Positions 50,028 to 62,566 of a stretch of 64,000 bases of DNA are shown piece by piece. Position numbers and translations under genes: made by a program. The stretch lies in assembly GCA_963720755.1 (NCBI GenBank), contig CAVRGP010000002.1, positions 1-64,000 of the forward strand, read 5' to 3'. Position 1 is the first letter of the stretch, and every line of letters begins with the position of its first letter. The stretch comes from an uncultured Chloroflexia bacterium. GTDB lineage: Bacteria > Chloroflexota > Limnocylindria > Limnocylindrales > CSP1-4. A model generated the notes under the pieces. It worked only from the letters and a program-made list of their open reading frames with translations. It was not told the origin of the DNA and did not search any database.

Positions 50028-50480
50028 ATGGACGCGCCGGATGCCGGCAGTGAGGCCACGAGCCACGACACACGCCCAGGCGCGGGCAGGCTGCCGCCGA
50101 ACGGCCGTTCCGTGCGGGCACGCAACGTCACCCGTGGCACCGAGCTGAGCCATCGACTCGAGGTGGCCGACGGCCTGTGGGCCAAGTTCATGGGCCTGAT
50201 GGGCCGCGACGGTCTGCCCTCCGATGGTGGGATGTGGCTGCCGGCATCCAATGGCATCCACATGATGTTCATGCGTTTCGCGATCGATGCCGTGTTCGTC
50301 GGCCGCCCCGAGGATGGCGATCCGGCCGGACCACGGCCGGTGCTGTCCGTCCATCCGGGGCTGCGGACGTGGACCGGGATCGTGCCACTCGTCCGCGGCG
50401 CCAACGGCGTGCTGGAGCTGCCCGTGGGCACGATCGAGCGCACCGGGACGATCGTCGGCGACCGCATCACCGTCGGGTAG
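50028..50480 (+). CDS. DUF192 family protein
   Basis: EVAD....GLMGR, IHM.FMRF.ID, VLELP.G, GD. Confidence 0.8.
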   Translation: MDAPDAGSEATSHDTRPGAGRLPPNGRSVRARNVTRGTELSHRLEVADGLWAKFMGLMGRDGLPSDGGMWLPASNGIHMMFMRFAIDAVFVGRPEDGDPAGPRPVLSVHPGLRTWTGIVPLVRGANGVLELPVGTIERTGTIVGDRITVG

Positions 50481-50601
50481 CCAGCCGAGCCGAGCCTGAT
50501 GCCGCCTACGCGCATACAGGGCGCGGTGTCCAGAATTGCCGCCAAATCAAGCATCAACGGCCGCCCGCATGGCATGCTGCAGGCACACCACGGGAGGACG
50601 C

Positions 50602-50997
50602 GTGCACCTGACCTTCGATGACGTGATGGAATTCGTCGTCCGAGCGTTCGAGACGGCAGGGATCCTCATTCTGGCGGTCGGTTCCATCCGTGCCCTCTGG
50701 CTGGGCTCCACGGCCTGGGCCCGGGGCGAACGGACCGGCGTCTACCAGCGCGTCCGCCTGCACGTCGGCCAGGCGATCCTGCTCGGCCTGGAGATCCTGA
50801 TCATCGCGGACATCGTCCAGACCGTGACGATCGACCTCACTCTGGAGAGCGCCGCCACCCTTGGCCTGATCGTCCTCGTCCGGACGTTCCTCAGCTTCTC
50901 ACTCGAGATCGAGCTCGATGGCGTCGTCCCGTGGCACCGTCGCCGGACGGTCCGCGACGAGGGCTCCATCGACGACATGCCGCATCGACTGCACTGA
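50602..50997 (+). CDS. DUF1622 family membrane protein
   Basis: G..ILLGLE.LI.ADI..T, LGLIVL.RT.LS.SL..E..G..PW; SD GGAGG. Confidence 0.8.
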   Translation: MHLTFDDVMEFVVRAFETAGILILAVGSIRALWLGSTAWARGERTGVYQRVRLHVGQAILLGLEILIIADIVQTVTIDLTLESAATLGLIVLVRTFLSFSLEIELDGVVPWHRRRTVRDEGSIDDMPHRLH

Positions 50998-51044
50998 CGC
51001 CCGGATAAGCGCCGGGTGAGACCCGACTGTCATCGTGGGCCGCG

Positions 51045-51734
51045 ATGGCGCCCCTGCGACGACTGACGACGCTCGCCCTCGACCTCGCCTTCCCGGCAAC
51101 CTGTGCCGGCTGTCGACGGGAAGGTGAACCGCTCTGCGACGAATGCCGGCCGGCCCTCGATGTCCGTCTCGATCTGCCGGGCGGGACGCCGATCGGACTA
51201 CCGGCGGAGATCCCGGCGCCGCTGCTGCAACTGGATTGGTGCGCGCCGTTTGCCGGTCCCGTGCGGGCCGCCCTCCACGACCTGAAGTACGCCGGGGAGC
51301 GCCGCCTCGCTCGTCCCCTGGGAACGGCGGTCGCCCGGCGCTGGGGCCGCATCGGCGTCGGTGCGGACGTCGTCGTGCCCGTCCCGATCCACGCCGATCG
51401 CGAGCGGCGGCGCGGCTACGACCAGGCTGCCCTGATCGCGGAGGTCGCGGCCGCGGATCTCGGTCTGCGCTGCGAGCGAGCGCTCGAGCGGGAGCGCGCC
51501 ACCGTCGCCCAGTTCGAGCTCGGCCGGAATGAGCGGGCAGCCAACGTGAGCGGAGCCTTTCGGACCCGCGGCGAGGCCAGCCACGCGGCGGACGCAACCA
51601 CCTTCCAGGGGCACTGGATCCTCCTGGTCGACGACGTCGTCACGACCGGTGCCACCCTGGCCGCGTGCGGGGTCGCGCTGCTCCAGGCGGGCGCCTTCGC
51701 CGTCTCCGCGATCGCCGTCGCACGCGAGCGCTGA
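51045..51734 (+). CDS. comF: ComF family protein (zinc ribbon + phosphoribosyltransferase)
   Basis: C..C...LC..C, LKY, VPVP.H...RGY.QA, R..NV..AF, LVDDV.TTGATL. Confidence 0.9.
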   Translation: MAPLRRLTTLALDLAFPATCAGCRREGEPLCDECRPALDVRLDLPGGTPIGLPAEIPAPLLQLDWCAPFAGPVRAALHDLKYAGERRLARPLGTAVARRWGRIGVGADVVVPVPIHADRERRRGYDQAALIAEVAAADLGLRCERALERERATVAQFELGRNERAANVSGAFRTRGEASHAADATTFQGHWILLVDDVVTTGATLAACGVALLQAGAFAVSAIAVARER

Positions 51735-51757
51735 CCGGGTGTCGAGGAGCCCGGGCG

Positions 51758-51782
51758 TATAATCGACCCAGACGCAGGAGGG
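51758..51782 (+). promoter_or_regulatory. -10 TATAAT and SD of hpf
   Basis: TATAAT 51758-51763, AGGAGG before GTG 51787. Confidence 0.65.
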
Positions 51783-51786
51783 CCTG

Positions 51787-52362
51787 GTGCGGACGATCGT
51801 CAAGGGAAAGAACGCTGAGATCCCGGACCGTGTGCGCGACTATGCGGAGCGCAAAGCGCAGCGGATCGAGCGGCTGCTGGACGATCAGACCGATGCGACC
51901 TTCGAGCTCTGGAACGAGCACCACCGCAGCGCCGACGCCTCCCATTTCGCCGAGCTGACCCTCGTCATCCAGGGCAAGCCGCTGCGCAGCCGGGCAGCCG
52001 GCTCGTCGTACCAGGCCGCCCTCGACGGCGTCGTGGACAAGGTCGAGCGCCAAGCCGTCGACCACAAGGAGAAACCTCGCCTCCGGGCGCGCCCCGAGGA
52101 GGAGAAGGAGATCCTCCGACGACTGGCCGACGGGAGCGAAGGTCCGGCCAGAGAGACGCGCATCGTCAAGGTCAAGCGCTTCGCCATCGAGCCGATGTTC
52201 GAGGAAGACGCGGTCGCGCGGATGGAGGAGCTGGGCCACACGTTCTTCGTCTTCGTCAGCGCGGAGACCGAGCGGATCGCCGTCCTCTACCGACGCCAGG
52301 ACGGGGACTACGGCGTCATCGAGCCGATGATCGGCGGCGACTACACGAAGGGCCGACGCTAG
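51787..52362 (+). CDS. hpf: Long ribosome hibernation promoting factor
   Basis: S30EA domain plus IV..KRF...PM..E.A...MEELGH.FFVF, YRR.DG.YG.IEP. Confidence 0.92.
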   Translation: MRTIVKGKNAEIPDRVRDYAERKAQRIERLLDDQTDATFELWNEHHRSADASHFAELTLVIQGKPLRSRAAGSSYQAALDGVVDKVERQAVDHKEKPRLRARPEEEKEILRRLADGSEGPARETRIVKVKRFAIEPMFEEDAVARMEELGHTFFVFVSAETERIAVLYRRQDGDYGVIEPMIGGDYTKGRR

Positions 52363-52394
52363 GCCCCGACCCCGCGCGTCGTACGATGCCGCGG

Positions 52395-54025
52395 ATGCTT
52401 CCCGCCGGACGACGCCTCGTGCCGCTGCTCCTGCTCGTCGCCGCCGCGTTGCTGCGCCTGCCGAACCTGGCGACCCGTGGGACCTGGGATTCCGACCAGG
52501 GCCACGACATGCTCGTCCTGCGGTCCATGGTCACCGACGGGGTCGTGCCGTTGCTGGGGCCGCCCACGTCGATCGGAGACGTCCATCACGGCGCCTGGTA
52601 CTACTACCTCCTGTCGCCGGCCGCCTTCCTGACCGGTGGCGACTCGCCGCTCGCCGTCGTGGCGCTCATCGCCCTGGCCGGCATCGCGGCCGTGCTCGTC
52701 ACCTGGTGGCTGGCCCGCTCGATCGCCGGGGACGCGGCCGGCCTGATCGCCGGGTTGACGATGGCGGTATCGATCTCCGCGGTCGATGAATCGACCTTCA
52801 TCTGGAACCCGAACCTCATCGCCCTGTCGAGCGCCATCGCGCTGGCGGGAGCCTGGCGGGCCTGGACGAGCGAGCGCCCGCGATGGTGGCTCGTGGCCGG
52901 CATCGGCACGGCGGTCACGATGCAGTGCCACGTCCTCGGCGTCACCCTGCTCCCGATCGTCGGGGCCTTGTTCGTCGCCGACCTTCGGAGGCGACCGGGC
53001 GGGGTCGATCGCAGTCGGGTGTGGCGGTTCGGCCTGGCCGGTCTCGCGATCGTGATCGTGAGCTTCGCGCCACTGGCCGTTCACGAGCTGACGAACCACT
53101 TCTCCGAGGTCACCGCGGCGCTCGACTACATCCGGGCCGGCGGGGACCCGACCGCGACTGGTCCGCTCGTCCGCTTCCTCGTCATCGGCGCGCGGGTCGT
53201 GTCCTGGCCGTTGACGGGGCTCATCACCGATGGCGCGCTCGCGGCGCTCATCGCCGCCGCCGGCGTCATCGGGCTGGCGATGTGGAGCGGTCTCTTCGGT
53301 AACCGGTCGGAGATGGTTGCGGCCCGCTGGCTGGGGCTCGGTCTCGTCTGGACGGCGTTCGCGCTCACGTTCCTGTCACCGAGCCTCGCTTCGGTCGTGC
53401 CCGGGCTCCCGAACGACCACTACCACGCCTTCGCCGACCCGATGGTCTTCACCCTGGTCGGGATCGGCGCCGTGACCGTCTGGCGTGGACGCGTCGTGGC
53501 CGACCCGGTTGCCCTGGCAAATCCGGCCCACGTCGCCGACCCGGCAAATCCCGCCGGCACGGCAGGCCCGCCAGCGAGGCGCCCGACCGGATCATCCGGC
53601 GCGGCTTCGTCGTGATCGCCGTGGCCGCCGTGTTGTCCTGGAACCTGTTCCAGCAGCCACCGGCGGTCAACCCGGATGGCGGGTTCCCGGCCGCGGCCGA
53701 GGCCGCCGACCGGATCATCGCCACGACCGATGGCGGCGCGTTCACCCTCCGCTCACTGCCGGACTTCAAATCGACCGAGGCGTACGGCTACCCGCTCGTC
53801 CGTGCCGGGGCCGTGGTCCGGGTCGATGCCGGCACGGGCGCCGTCAGCGCGACCGCCGACTCGCTCGTCGTGATCTGCGACTCGCTGTTCGAAGGGGCGA
53901 TCGGTGCGCCCTGTGACGGCGAGGCCGAAGCCCGGGTCGCGCCACCCAGCCGGTTCGGGGAACCGGTCCTCCGGTTCGAGGCCGCGCCGGGACGGTTCAT
54001 CTCGGTTTACGCGCCGAGCTTGTAG
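52395..54025 (+). CDS. ArnT/GT39-like GT-C glycosyltransferase (frameshift near 53580)
   Basis: LRL, DQG.D, PLLGP.TS, G..YYY, IWNPN, Q.H; leaderless TACGAT 52382-52387. Confidence 0.75.
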
Positions 54026-54030
54026 CGAGT

Positions 54031-54110
54031 CGGCCTGGGCGGCCGCGGCGCGGCGGCGGGCGGCGGCGGGCGCGGCCGACGGCGGGCGGCCGCGGCGGGC
54101 GGCGGCGGGC
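54031..54110. repeat. Nearly pure-GC low-complexity tract of GGCGGCGGGC-like units
   Basis: About 80 bp with only one A and one T. Confidence 0.7.
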
Positions 54111-54118
54111 CGTGGAAC

Positions 54119-54276
54119 TTGCCAAATATGCGTCCCACGCTTACTAAGCACGGATAGCAGCGTCCGGGCGGTTGATCGTGGCCGGATCGGAGCTGCGCTG
54201 AGCGTGGAGGCCGAGGATCTAGCTGATCTCGGGGTGGATGGGATGGCTTTGTACGCGGCTGGCTCGTATTTGGCAA
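54119..54276. repeat. Intergenic segment bounded by inverted repeats
   Basis: TTGCCAAATA (54119-54128) and TATTTGGCAA (54267-54276). Confidence 0.55.
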
Positions 54277-54439
54277 ATGTGCCGCGGCGGCCCACGGACC
54301 CCCGCGGCACGCCACGCTCCCCGGCCCCCGCCGCCACGCTCCCCGCGGGAATCGCGAACGCCGGCGCCCCAGACACCGGCGTTCGCTGCCCCGAAGACTC
54401 TGTCCGTGGAGGACGGACCGAGTCAAGCCAGATGGATGC

Positions 54440-54967
54440 TCAGTAGCGCCCCGGCTCTCGATTAGCCGAGCGGGAGACGGCGCGCACCATGCTGACGGTG
54501 GCCCCGGCACCCACCCCGACCGGCGTACCGGACGTGGAGGCGGAAGATCGTCCGAGCGTCCGTTCCGGAGACCGTTCGGTCCCGGAACTCGCGTCGGCGG
54601 ATGGGAAGTTCCTGGCGTAGCGGCGCATCCGCACCGCGAGGTAGTACTCCATGATCTGGCGAACCTGCGGTTCGCTCAGCAGCTCGTCGGCACGCAGGGC
54701 GTACTCGACGCGGGCGGTCGGGTTGGTGTTCCCGGCGGCGACGAGACCGAGGTATTGCGGCGTATCCGCATCGTCACGAAGCTCGCGCAGGCCGCGGGCC
54801 AGCTTGGTGGCAGTCCCGAGCGACGGCATCCGATCCCCGCGGATCAACCGCGAGATCGTGGAGTGGTCGACTCCGGACTGCTGGGCGAGTTGGCGCTGCG
54901 ACATCTTCTTGGCCTTGAGCTGGGCTCGCAGCCATTCGTTGAACGCTCGGCCGTTCTGCGTGGTCAT
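54440..54967 (-). CDS. XRE-family HTH transcriptional regulator
   Basis: MSQRQLA..SGV..STISRL..G.R.PS..T...LA. Confidence 0.85.
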   Translation of the reverse strand: MTTQNGRAFNEWLRAQLKAKKMSQRQLAQQSGVDHSTISRLIRGDRMPSLGTATKLARGLRELRDDADTPQYLGLVAAGNTNPTARVEYALRADELLSEPQVRQIMEYYLAVRMRRYARNFPSADASSGTERSPERTLGRSSASTSGTPVGVGAGATVSMVRAVSRSANREPGRY

Positions 54968-55175
54968 GGGTGGGATTGGGCTCCGCTGTGATCCACCATT
55001 CGGATGGGCTGTTCTCTAGGCCCACTATCGAGCGGCGACGGTGCGGTCTATATCACCCGTTCGTACCGGTCGGTCCAGGGAGCGTGGCGGTCTCGCAGAT
55101 CGGTTCGGTGGGGTTCGTGTCGGTGCGGTCTGGACCGTCGGCCTTGGGACCCCGGACTATCAGGGTAGGCTTCTG

Positions 55176-56351
55176 TCAGACCGGTGTCGGGGCCGACGAG
55201 GCGGCGGGGGGCTGGCCGATCCGGCCCATCCCGCGCGGCATCGGCGAGACGACGTAGACGATCGCGCCGAACACGATGATCGACAGCACGCTGATGACCC
55301 AGTCGAGGATCGTGATCGCGGTCGCCTCGGGCAGGGGTACGCCGTACGCCACGGTCAGGACACCGATGACGCCTGCCTGGGCGAAGCCGAGACCGGCCGG
55401 GCTGAGGGGGATGGCGGTCAGCAGCGAGCCGATGAGGGCGACGAAGACCGCCCCGGACAGACCGAGCTCGACATCCGGGAACCCGAGGGCGAGGACGACG
55501 ATGTACAGACGCAGCGCCTCGGTCATCCAGATCAGGACCGTGACCGTCGCCAGCATCGGCAGGTGGCGGATGCCGACCCCACCGAAGACGCCCTGCTCGA
55601 ACCGCTCGTACAACTCGTGGATCCTGGGCGGGAGCGGCAACCGATCGATGATCCGCCGACCGAAGTTGCGCATCGTGAACAAGCCGACGGCGGCCACGAC
55701 GACGACCACGATACCGACGATGAAGATGACCTTGATCGCTTCAGGCATGCCGCTCCGGAAGCTCCAGAAGCCGGCGGCCAGGCCAAGGATGGCGATGGCG
55801 AAGATGTCGAGGATGCGTTCGATGAAGACGGTCCCGAAGGTCCGGCTCAGCGAGGCCACGCTGTTCATCTTGAGCAGGTAGGCACGGTAGACGTCGCCGA
55901 GCTTGGCCGGGACGACGCAATTGACGAACCAGGAGATGTACAGGATCTCGGTCGAGCCGCGAACGGGGATCTCGAAACCGGACGCCTCGAGGAGCCGCTT
56001 CCAGCGATAGCCACGCAACGGGAAGCCGAGGTAGAACACGATGAACGCGAGCAGGACCAGGGCCGGGTTGGCCTGGAGGATGAGATCCGGGACGGCGGAC
56101 AACCGCTCGCGGTTGAGGTACAGGAAGAAGGCGATGATCGCGAGCGGAACGACGATCGACAGGATCGTCCGGGGCTGGCGCAGGCGATGACCGAGCGAGA
56201 GCGGCGCGGCCTCGTCCGGCTCGTGCTCGAGGGCATCGATCAGGTTATCTGGCTCGTTGAGCGGAAGGGCGGCATCCATCGGCCCAGACCCTACCGGACC
56301 GCCCGCCCCCTCGGCCATCGAACGATGGTCCTGTCCCTCCGGGCCGGTCAC
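55176..56351 (-). CDS. Lysylphosphatidylglycerol-synthase TM / AglD2-like flippase domain protein
   Basis: RGYRW..LL, N.VVPAKLGD.YR, ER..D, P.SPAGLG. Confidence 0.8.
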   Translation of the reverse strand: MTGPEGQDHRSMAEGAGGPVGSGPMDAALPLNEPDNLIDALEHEPDEAAPLSLGHRLRQPRTILSIVVPLAIIAFFLYLNRERLSAVPDLILQANPALVLLAFIVFYLGFPLRGYRWKRLLEASGFEIPVRGSTEILYISWFVNCVVPAKLGDVYRAYLLKMNSVASLSRTFGTVFIERILDIFAIAILGLAAGFWSFRSGMPEAIKVIFIVGIVVVVVAAVGLFTMRNFGRRIIDRLPLPPRIHELYERFEQGVFGGVGIRHLPMLATVTVLIWMTEALRLYIVVLALGFPDVELGLSGAVFVALIGSLLTAIPLSPAGLGFAQAGVIGVLTVAYGVPLPEATAITILDWVISVLSIIVFGAIVYVVSPMPRGMGRIGQPPAASSAPTPV

Positions 56352-57028
56352 GGCCTGACCCGGTCGTTGCCCCGCAACCGATTGATCCCCTTGGCCAGCG
56401 GCGTCCAGAGCCGAACGAAATAGGTCGCCCTGCCCGGGACGATCTCGGCAGTGGCCAGGGCGGCGAGCAGACCGGCCGGCGTGGACGGATCCCCGTCGAG
56501 CGCCGTGTAGGCGACGCCGACCTCCATCACCGAGTGGGCGTCGGAGACCGAGACGCCGGGCCGACCCTGCTCGATCGCGAAGGTGGCGGCATCCTCGTTG
56601 CCATGCCCGACGACGCGGGCGTTGTAGGTCTCGATCCAGTCCACGTGCGGCGCGAGGCTGGCCATCGCGGCATCGCGGAGGAGCGAGCCGCGCATCCGGT
56701 CGAACGGGTGCGGGATGCCGACCAGGCCTCCCTGTTCACGAGCCGCCGCGATCGTATCCATCGCGGACAGGCCCGGCGGGATCGCCCGCTCGAGGAAGAC
56801 GCAGATGAGGTCGCCGTCACTGGTCTTCACTTCTTCGCCGATGATCACCGTCAGCCCCGCGGGAGCGAGATCCCGGGCTTCGAGTGCGATGTCGATCCGA
56901 TCGTGATCGGTGATCGCAAGGTGGGTCAGCCCGCGGACGCTCGCCGCCTTGACGATGTCCCCGGGCGCCGACAGACAGTCGAAGCTCCCTCGACTGTGAC
57001 AGTGCAGATCGATGAACGCGCGCGTCAC
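56348..57028 (-). CDS. PHP domain metal-dependent phosphoesterase
   Basis: DLHCHS, AITDHD, GEE, PHP, E.YN, SDAH. Confidence 0.88.
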   Translation of the reverse strand: MTRAFIDLHCHSRGSFDCLSAPGDIVKAASVRGLTHLAITDHDRIDIALEARDLAPAGLTVIIGEEVKTSDGDLICVFLERAIPPGLSAMDTIAAAREQGGLVGIPHPFDRMRGSLLRDAAMASLAPHVDWIETYNARVVGHGNEDAATFAIEQGRPGVSVSDAHSVMEVGVAYTALDGDPSTPAGLLAALATAEIVPGRATYFVRLWTPLAKGINRLRGNDRVRP

Positions 57029-57254
57029 GTGGGTCGACCAGCGGCGGCTCCATCGTCGAGCGACGGGGCACCTACGGCGCTGCGCCTTGCGGTGCCCGTC
57101 TGCTCGGCGCTGCTGCCGCCGGACCACCGTGAAGTGAGCGTCCGAGAGTAGGAGCGGGTGGCGGGCCGGCCGGCGGGCGGCTGGATGCCGTGAGGCGCAG
57201 CGCCGTAGGCATCCAGGAGTCCGCCGGCCGGCCCGACGCCAGCGGTCACGACCA
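57029..57254. repeat. REP-like palindromic doublet element A
   Basis: Perfect 17-bp IR CCTACGGCGCTGCGCCT (57071-57087) / AGGCGCAGCGCCGTAGG (57193-57209), each nested in a longer hairpin. Confidence 0.75.
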
Positions 57255-58253
57255 TCAGATCGTCTGGACCAGGGATTTCTTGAAGAAGTCGAAGTGCTCC
57301 AGGGCCAGACCGGTGCCCAGGGCGACGCAGCTGAGCGGGTTCTCCGCGACGTGGCAGGGGACGCCGGTCACCTGGGTGAGCAGCTTGTCGATGTTGCGCA
57401 AGAGGGCGCCGCCGCCGGACATGACCATGCCCTTGTCGATGATGTCCGACGACAGTTCCGGGGGTGTCTGCTCGAGCACGGCCCGGACCGCCGACACGAG
57501 CTGCTGGAGTGGGGCTTCGATGGCCTCCATCACCTCGCTGCTGGTGATCGGGATCGTCCGCGGCAACCCGGCGATCAGGTCGCGGCCGCGGACCTCCATC
57601 GTGAGCTCCCGCTCGAGCGGCAGGGCGGTCCCGATCTCCATCTTGACCTCTTCCGCCGTCCGCTCGCCGATCATCAGGTTGTACTTCTTGCGGATGTACG
57701 TGGCGATCGCATCGTCGAAACGGTTGCCCCCGACGCGGAGGCTGTGCGACACGACGATCCCGCCGAGGGCGATGACCGCGATCTCGCTCGTCCCGCCGCC
57801 GATATCGATGATCATGTTGCCGGACGGCCCGCTGATCGGCACGTTGGCGCCGATGGCGGCGGCCAGCGGCTCCTCGATGAGGTAGGCCTCCTTGGCACCG
57901 GCCTTGAGCGCCGCGTCCCGGACGGCCCGCTTCTCGACGCTGGTCACCCCGGCCGGGACGGAGATCATGACCTCCGGCTTGCCGAACCCGATGGGGCCGC
58001 GACGGACCTTGCCGATGAAGTGGCTGAGCATCGCCTCGGTGATGACGTAGTCGGCGATGACGCCGTCCTTCATCGGGCGGATGGCGTGGATATTGCCGGG
58101 CGTTCGCCCGATCATCTCGCGGGCTTCGTCGCCCACCGCGACGATCCGGTTGTCATCGGAGACGGCGACCACGCTGGGTTCCGTGATGACGATGCCCTTG
58201 CCCTTGACGTAGACGAGGACGTTGGCGGTCCCGAGGTCGATACCGATCTTCAT
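57255..58253 (-). CDS. mreB: Rod shape-determining actin MreB/Mbl
   Basis: [39 protein letters not shown]. Confidence 0.95.
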   Translation of the reverse strand: MKIGIDLGTANVLVYVKGKGIVITEPSVVAVSDDNRIVAVGDEAREMIGRTPGNIHAIRPMKDGVIADYVITEAMLSHFIGKVRRGPIGFGKPEVMISVPAGVTSVEKRAVRDAALKAGAKEAYLIEEPLAAAIGANVPISGPSGNMIIDIGGGTSEIAVIALGGIVVSHSLRVGGNRFDDAIATYIRKKYNLMIGERTAEEVKMEIGTALPLERELTMEVRGRDLIAGLPRTIPITSSEVMEAIEAPLQQLVSAVRAVLEQTPPELSSDIIDKGMVMSGGGALLRNIDKLLTQVTGVPCHVAENPLSCVALGTGLALEHFDFFKKSLVQTI

Positions 58254-59596
58254 GAGGGGTCGTCTGCTGTCCCTTCCGCGCTGCGCGAGATGCTGGCTCC
58301 GATGTCGAGGAACTTACGCTCGATGTTCTCATAGCCCCGGTGAACGTGGTGTGCACCGTGGATGGTGGTCGTGCCTCGAGCCGCCAGGGCCGCGAGCATG
58401 AGCGACGCGCCGGCTCGCAGGTCACCGATCTCGACCTCGGCACCGACCAGGTCGGCCGGGCCCGTGATCGTGGCGTGATGGGTGTCGACCTGCTTGACCT
58501 TCGCGCCCATTCGCCGGATCTCGCTCATCCACTCGAGACGATCCTCGAAGATCGCCTCGTGGACGCGCGATGTGCCCTTCGCCTGGGTCAGCAACACCGC
58601 GGTCGGTGGCTGGAGGTCGGTGGCCAGCCCCGGGTAGGGCGCCGTCTCGATGTCACAGGCCGTGTACCCGCCGGCGTGGAGCGCCGACCCATCGACATCG
58701 ATCGTGTCGCGGCCGCAGGTGACGTCGACGCCGACGTTGATCATGACTTCGACGAACGTGGACAGGTGGTCGCACGGCGCCCCCTCCAGGGTCACGCGAC
58801 CGCCGGTCACGGCCGCAGCGATGGCGAACGTGCCGGCCTCGATCCGATCGGGGATCACCCGGTGCTCCGCGCCGCGCAGGCGTTTTCGGCCGTCGATCTC
58901 GATCGTGTCCGGGGCCGTCCGCTCGATCGCCGCGCCCATCTTCTGCAGGAATTCGATGAGGTCGTCGACCTCCGGCTCCTGGGCCGCCGGCCGGATGACG
59001 GTGTGGCCGTCGGCGAGGGTCGCTGCGAGCATCGCGTTCTCCGTCCCCATCACGGACACGAACGGGAAGGTGACCTCACCGCCGCGCAACCGTCCCGGCG
59101 ACGTCGCGAAGTAGTAGCCGTTCCGGTAGTCGATCGATGCACCGAGGGCTCGCATCGCCTCGACGTGGAGATCGACCGGGCGGCGTCCGATCCGGTCGCC
59201 ACCCGGGTTGCTGATGATGACCCGACCGAACCGGGCCAGGAGCGGGCCGAGCAGGATGAAGCTGGCGCGCATGCGGGCCGCGGCCTCGAGCGGCACGAAC
59301 AGCCACTCGACGTCACCCGACGCGATCTCGTAGATGTTGGCGGCGGGATGCTCGACCACGACCCCCAGATCGCGCAGGGTATCGGTCATGACCCGCACAT
59401 CCTCGATCTCGGGCACGTTGGTCAGCCGGCAGCGCTCGCCGGTCAGCGTCGCAGCGGCCATCATCTTGAGCGCCGCATTCTTGGCACCGCTGATCGTGAC
59501 CGTGCCGTTCAGCGGCCGACCGCCCTCGATCCGGAAGACCTCACGGGCCACCGGTTCCGGGTGGTATTCCCAGTGGAATGGCCGGACGCCTGTCAT
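58250..59596 (-). CDS. murA: UDP-N-acetylglucosamine 1-carboxyvinyltransferase
   Basis: SGAKNA, MRAS, PGGD.IG.RP.DLH, SV..TEN, EPEV.DL, DRIEAGT, DLRAG, RGYE. Confidence 0.95.
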   Translation of the reverse strand: MTGVRPFHWEYHPEPVAREVFRIEGGRPLNGTVTISGAKNAALKMMAAATLTGERCRLTNVPEIEDVRVMTDTLRDLGVVVEHPAANIYEIASGDVEWLFVPLEAAARMRASFILLGPLLARFGRVIISNPGGDRIGRRPVDLHVEAMRALGASIDYRNGYYFATSPGRLRGGEVTFPFVSVMGTENAMLAATLADGHTVIRPAAQEPEVDDLIEFLQKMGAAIERTAPDTIEIDGRKRLRGAEHRVIPDRIEAGTFAIAAAVTGGRVTLEGAPCDHLSTFVEVMINVGVDVTCGRDTIDVDGSALHAGGYTACDIETAPYPGLATDLQPPTAVLLTQAKGTSRVHEAIFEDRLEWMSEIRRMGAKVKQVDTHHATITGPADLVGAEVEIGDLRAGASLMLAALAARGTTTIHGAHHVHRGYENIERKFLDIGASISRSAEGTADDPS

Positions 59597-59602
59597 CCGC
59601 CG

Positions 59603-60034
59603 CTACCCGTGGCGCCGCGGACCCTCGCGGTGGCGGCGCTCCGCGACGCGGATCCGCAGGAGGGCCTGCTGAAGAGACGCCCGCGCGGCGGCAAGGTCGA
59701 CCGCATCGGTCTGCGCAGCGCCCTCGAGCGTCCGCTCTGCTTCACGCCTGGCTTCGAGGGCTTTCTCGAGGTCGATCTCGCTGGCCATGTCCGCGGTCTC
59801 GGCCATCACGACGACGCGGTCCGGTCGGACCTGGAGGAAGCCCCCGACGATCGCGAACGATTCCTCAAGGCCGTCCTTCCGGATGCGCAACTCCCCCACC
59901 CCGAGCATCGACACCAATGGCGCGTGGTGCGGCAGCACCCCGAGCTCACCCTCGACGCCCGGCAATTGGACGCTGTCCACCGAATCCGAGTAGGCCAGAC
60001 GCTCCGGGGTCACGATCTCCAGCAAGAGTGGCAT
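59603..60034 (-). CDS. atpC: ATP synthase F1 epsilon
   Basis: LEIVTPER, GELGVLP.HAP, GGF, ID...A..A. Confidence 0.95.
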   Translation of the reverse strand: MPLLLEIVTPERLAYSDSVDSVQLPGVEGELGVLPHHAPLVSMLGVGELRIRKDGLEESFAIVGGFLQVRPDRVVVMAETADMASEIDLEKALEARREAERTLEGAAQTDAVDLAAARASLQQALLRIRVAERRHREGPRRHG

Positions 60035-60036
60035 CA

Positions 60037-60266
60037 GGGAATCCTAAACGCAGCGGCGGGCAGCCACCGATCTGCGCCCCCTACGGCGCTGCGCCTGACG
60101 GGGGCGCGCCTCGGCGCCTGCCCGCCGCTGCGGGAGCTTGCTGTCACATAGGTGCTTCCGGGGAGATTGGGGGCGTGCGCCGACGCCGGCCGGCGCCCGG
60201 CAGCCCGAGCGTGAGGCGCCGCGCCGTAGCGAGCGGCAGCCGGGTGGCGGCCGGCGACTGCGGTCC
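60037..60266. repeat. REP-like palindromic doublet element B (same family as A)
   Basis: CTACGGCGCTGCGCCT (60081-60096) / AGGCGCCGCGCCGTAG (60214-60229), nested hairpins. Confidence 0.75.

Positions 60267-62566
<2,300 letters not shown>

Noticed and set aside
58340-60151. Long antisense ORFs (e.g. 603 aa here, 26276..27850, 55041..56423)
   Set aside because: Shadow frames of real genes in high-GC DNA with no recognisable motifs.
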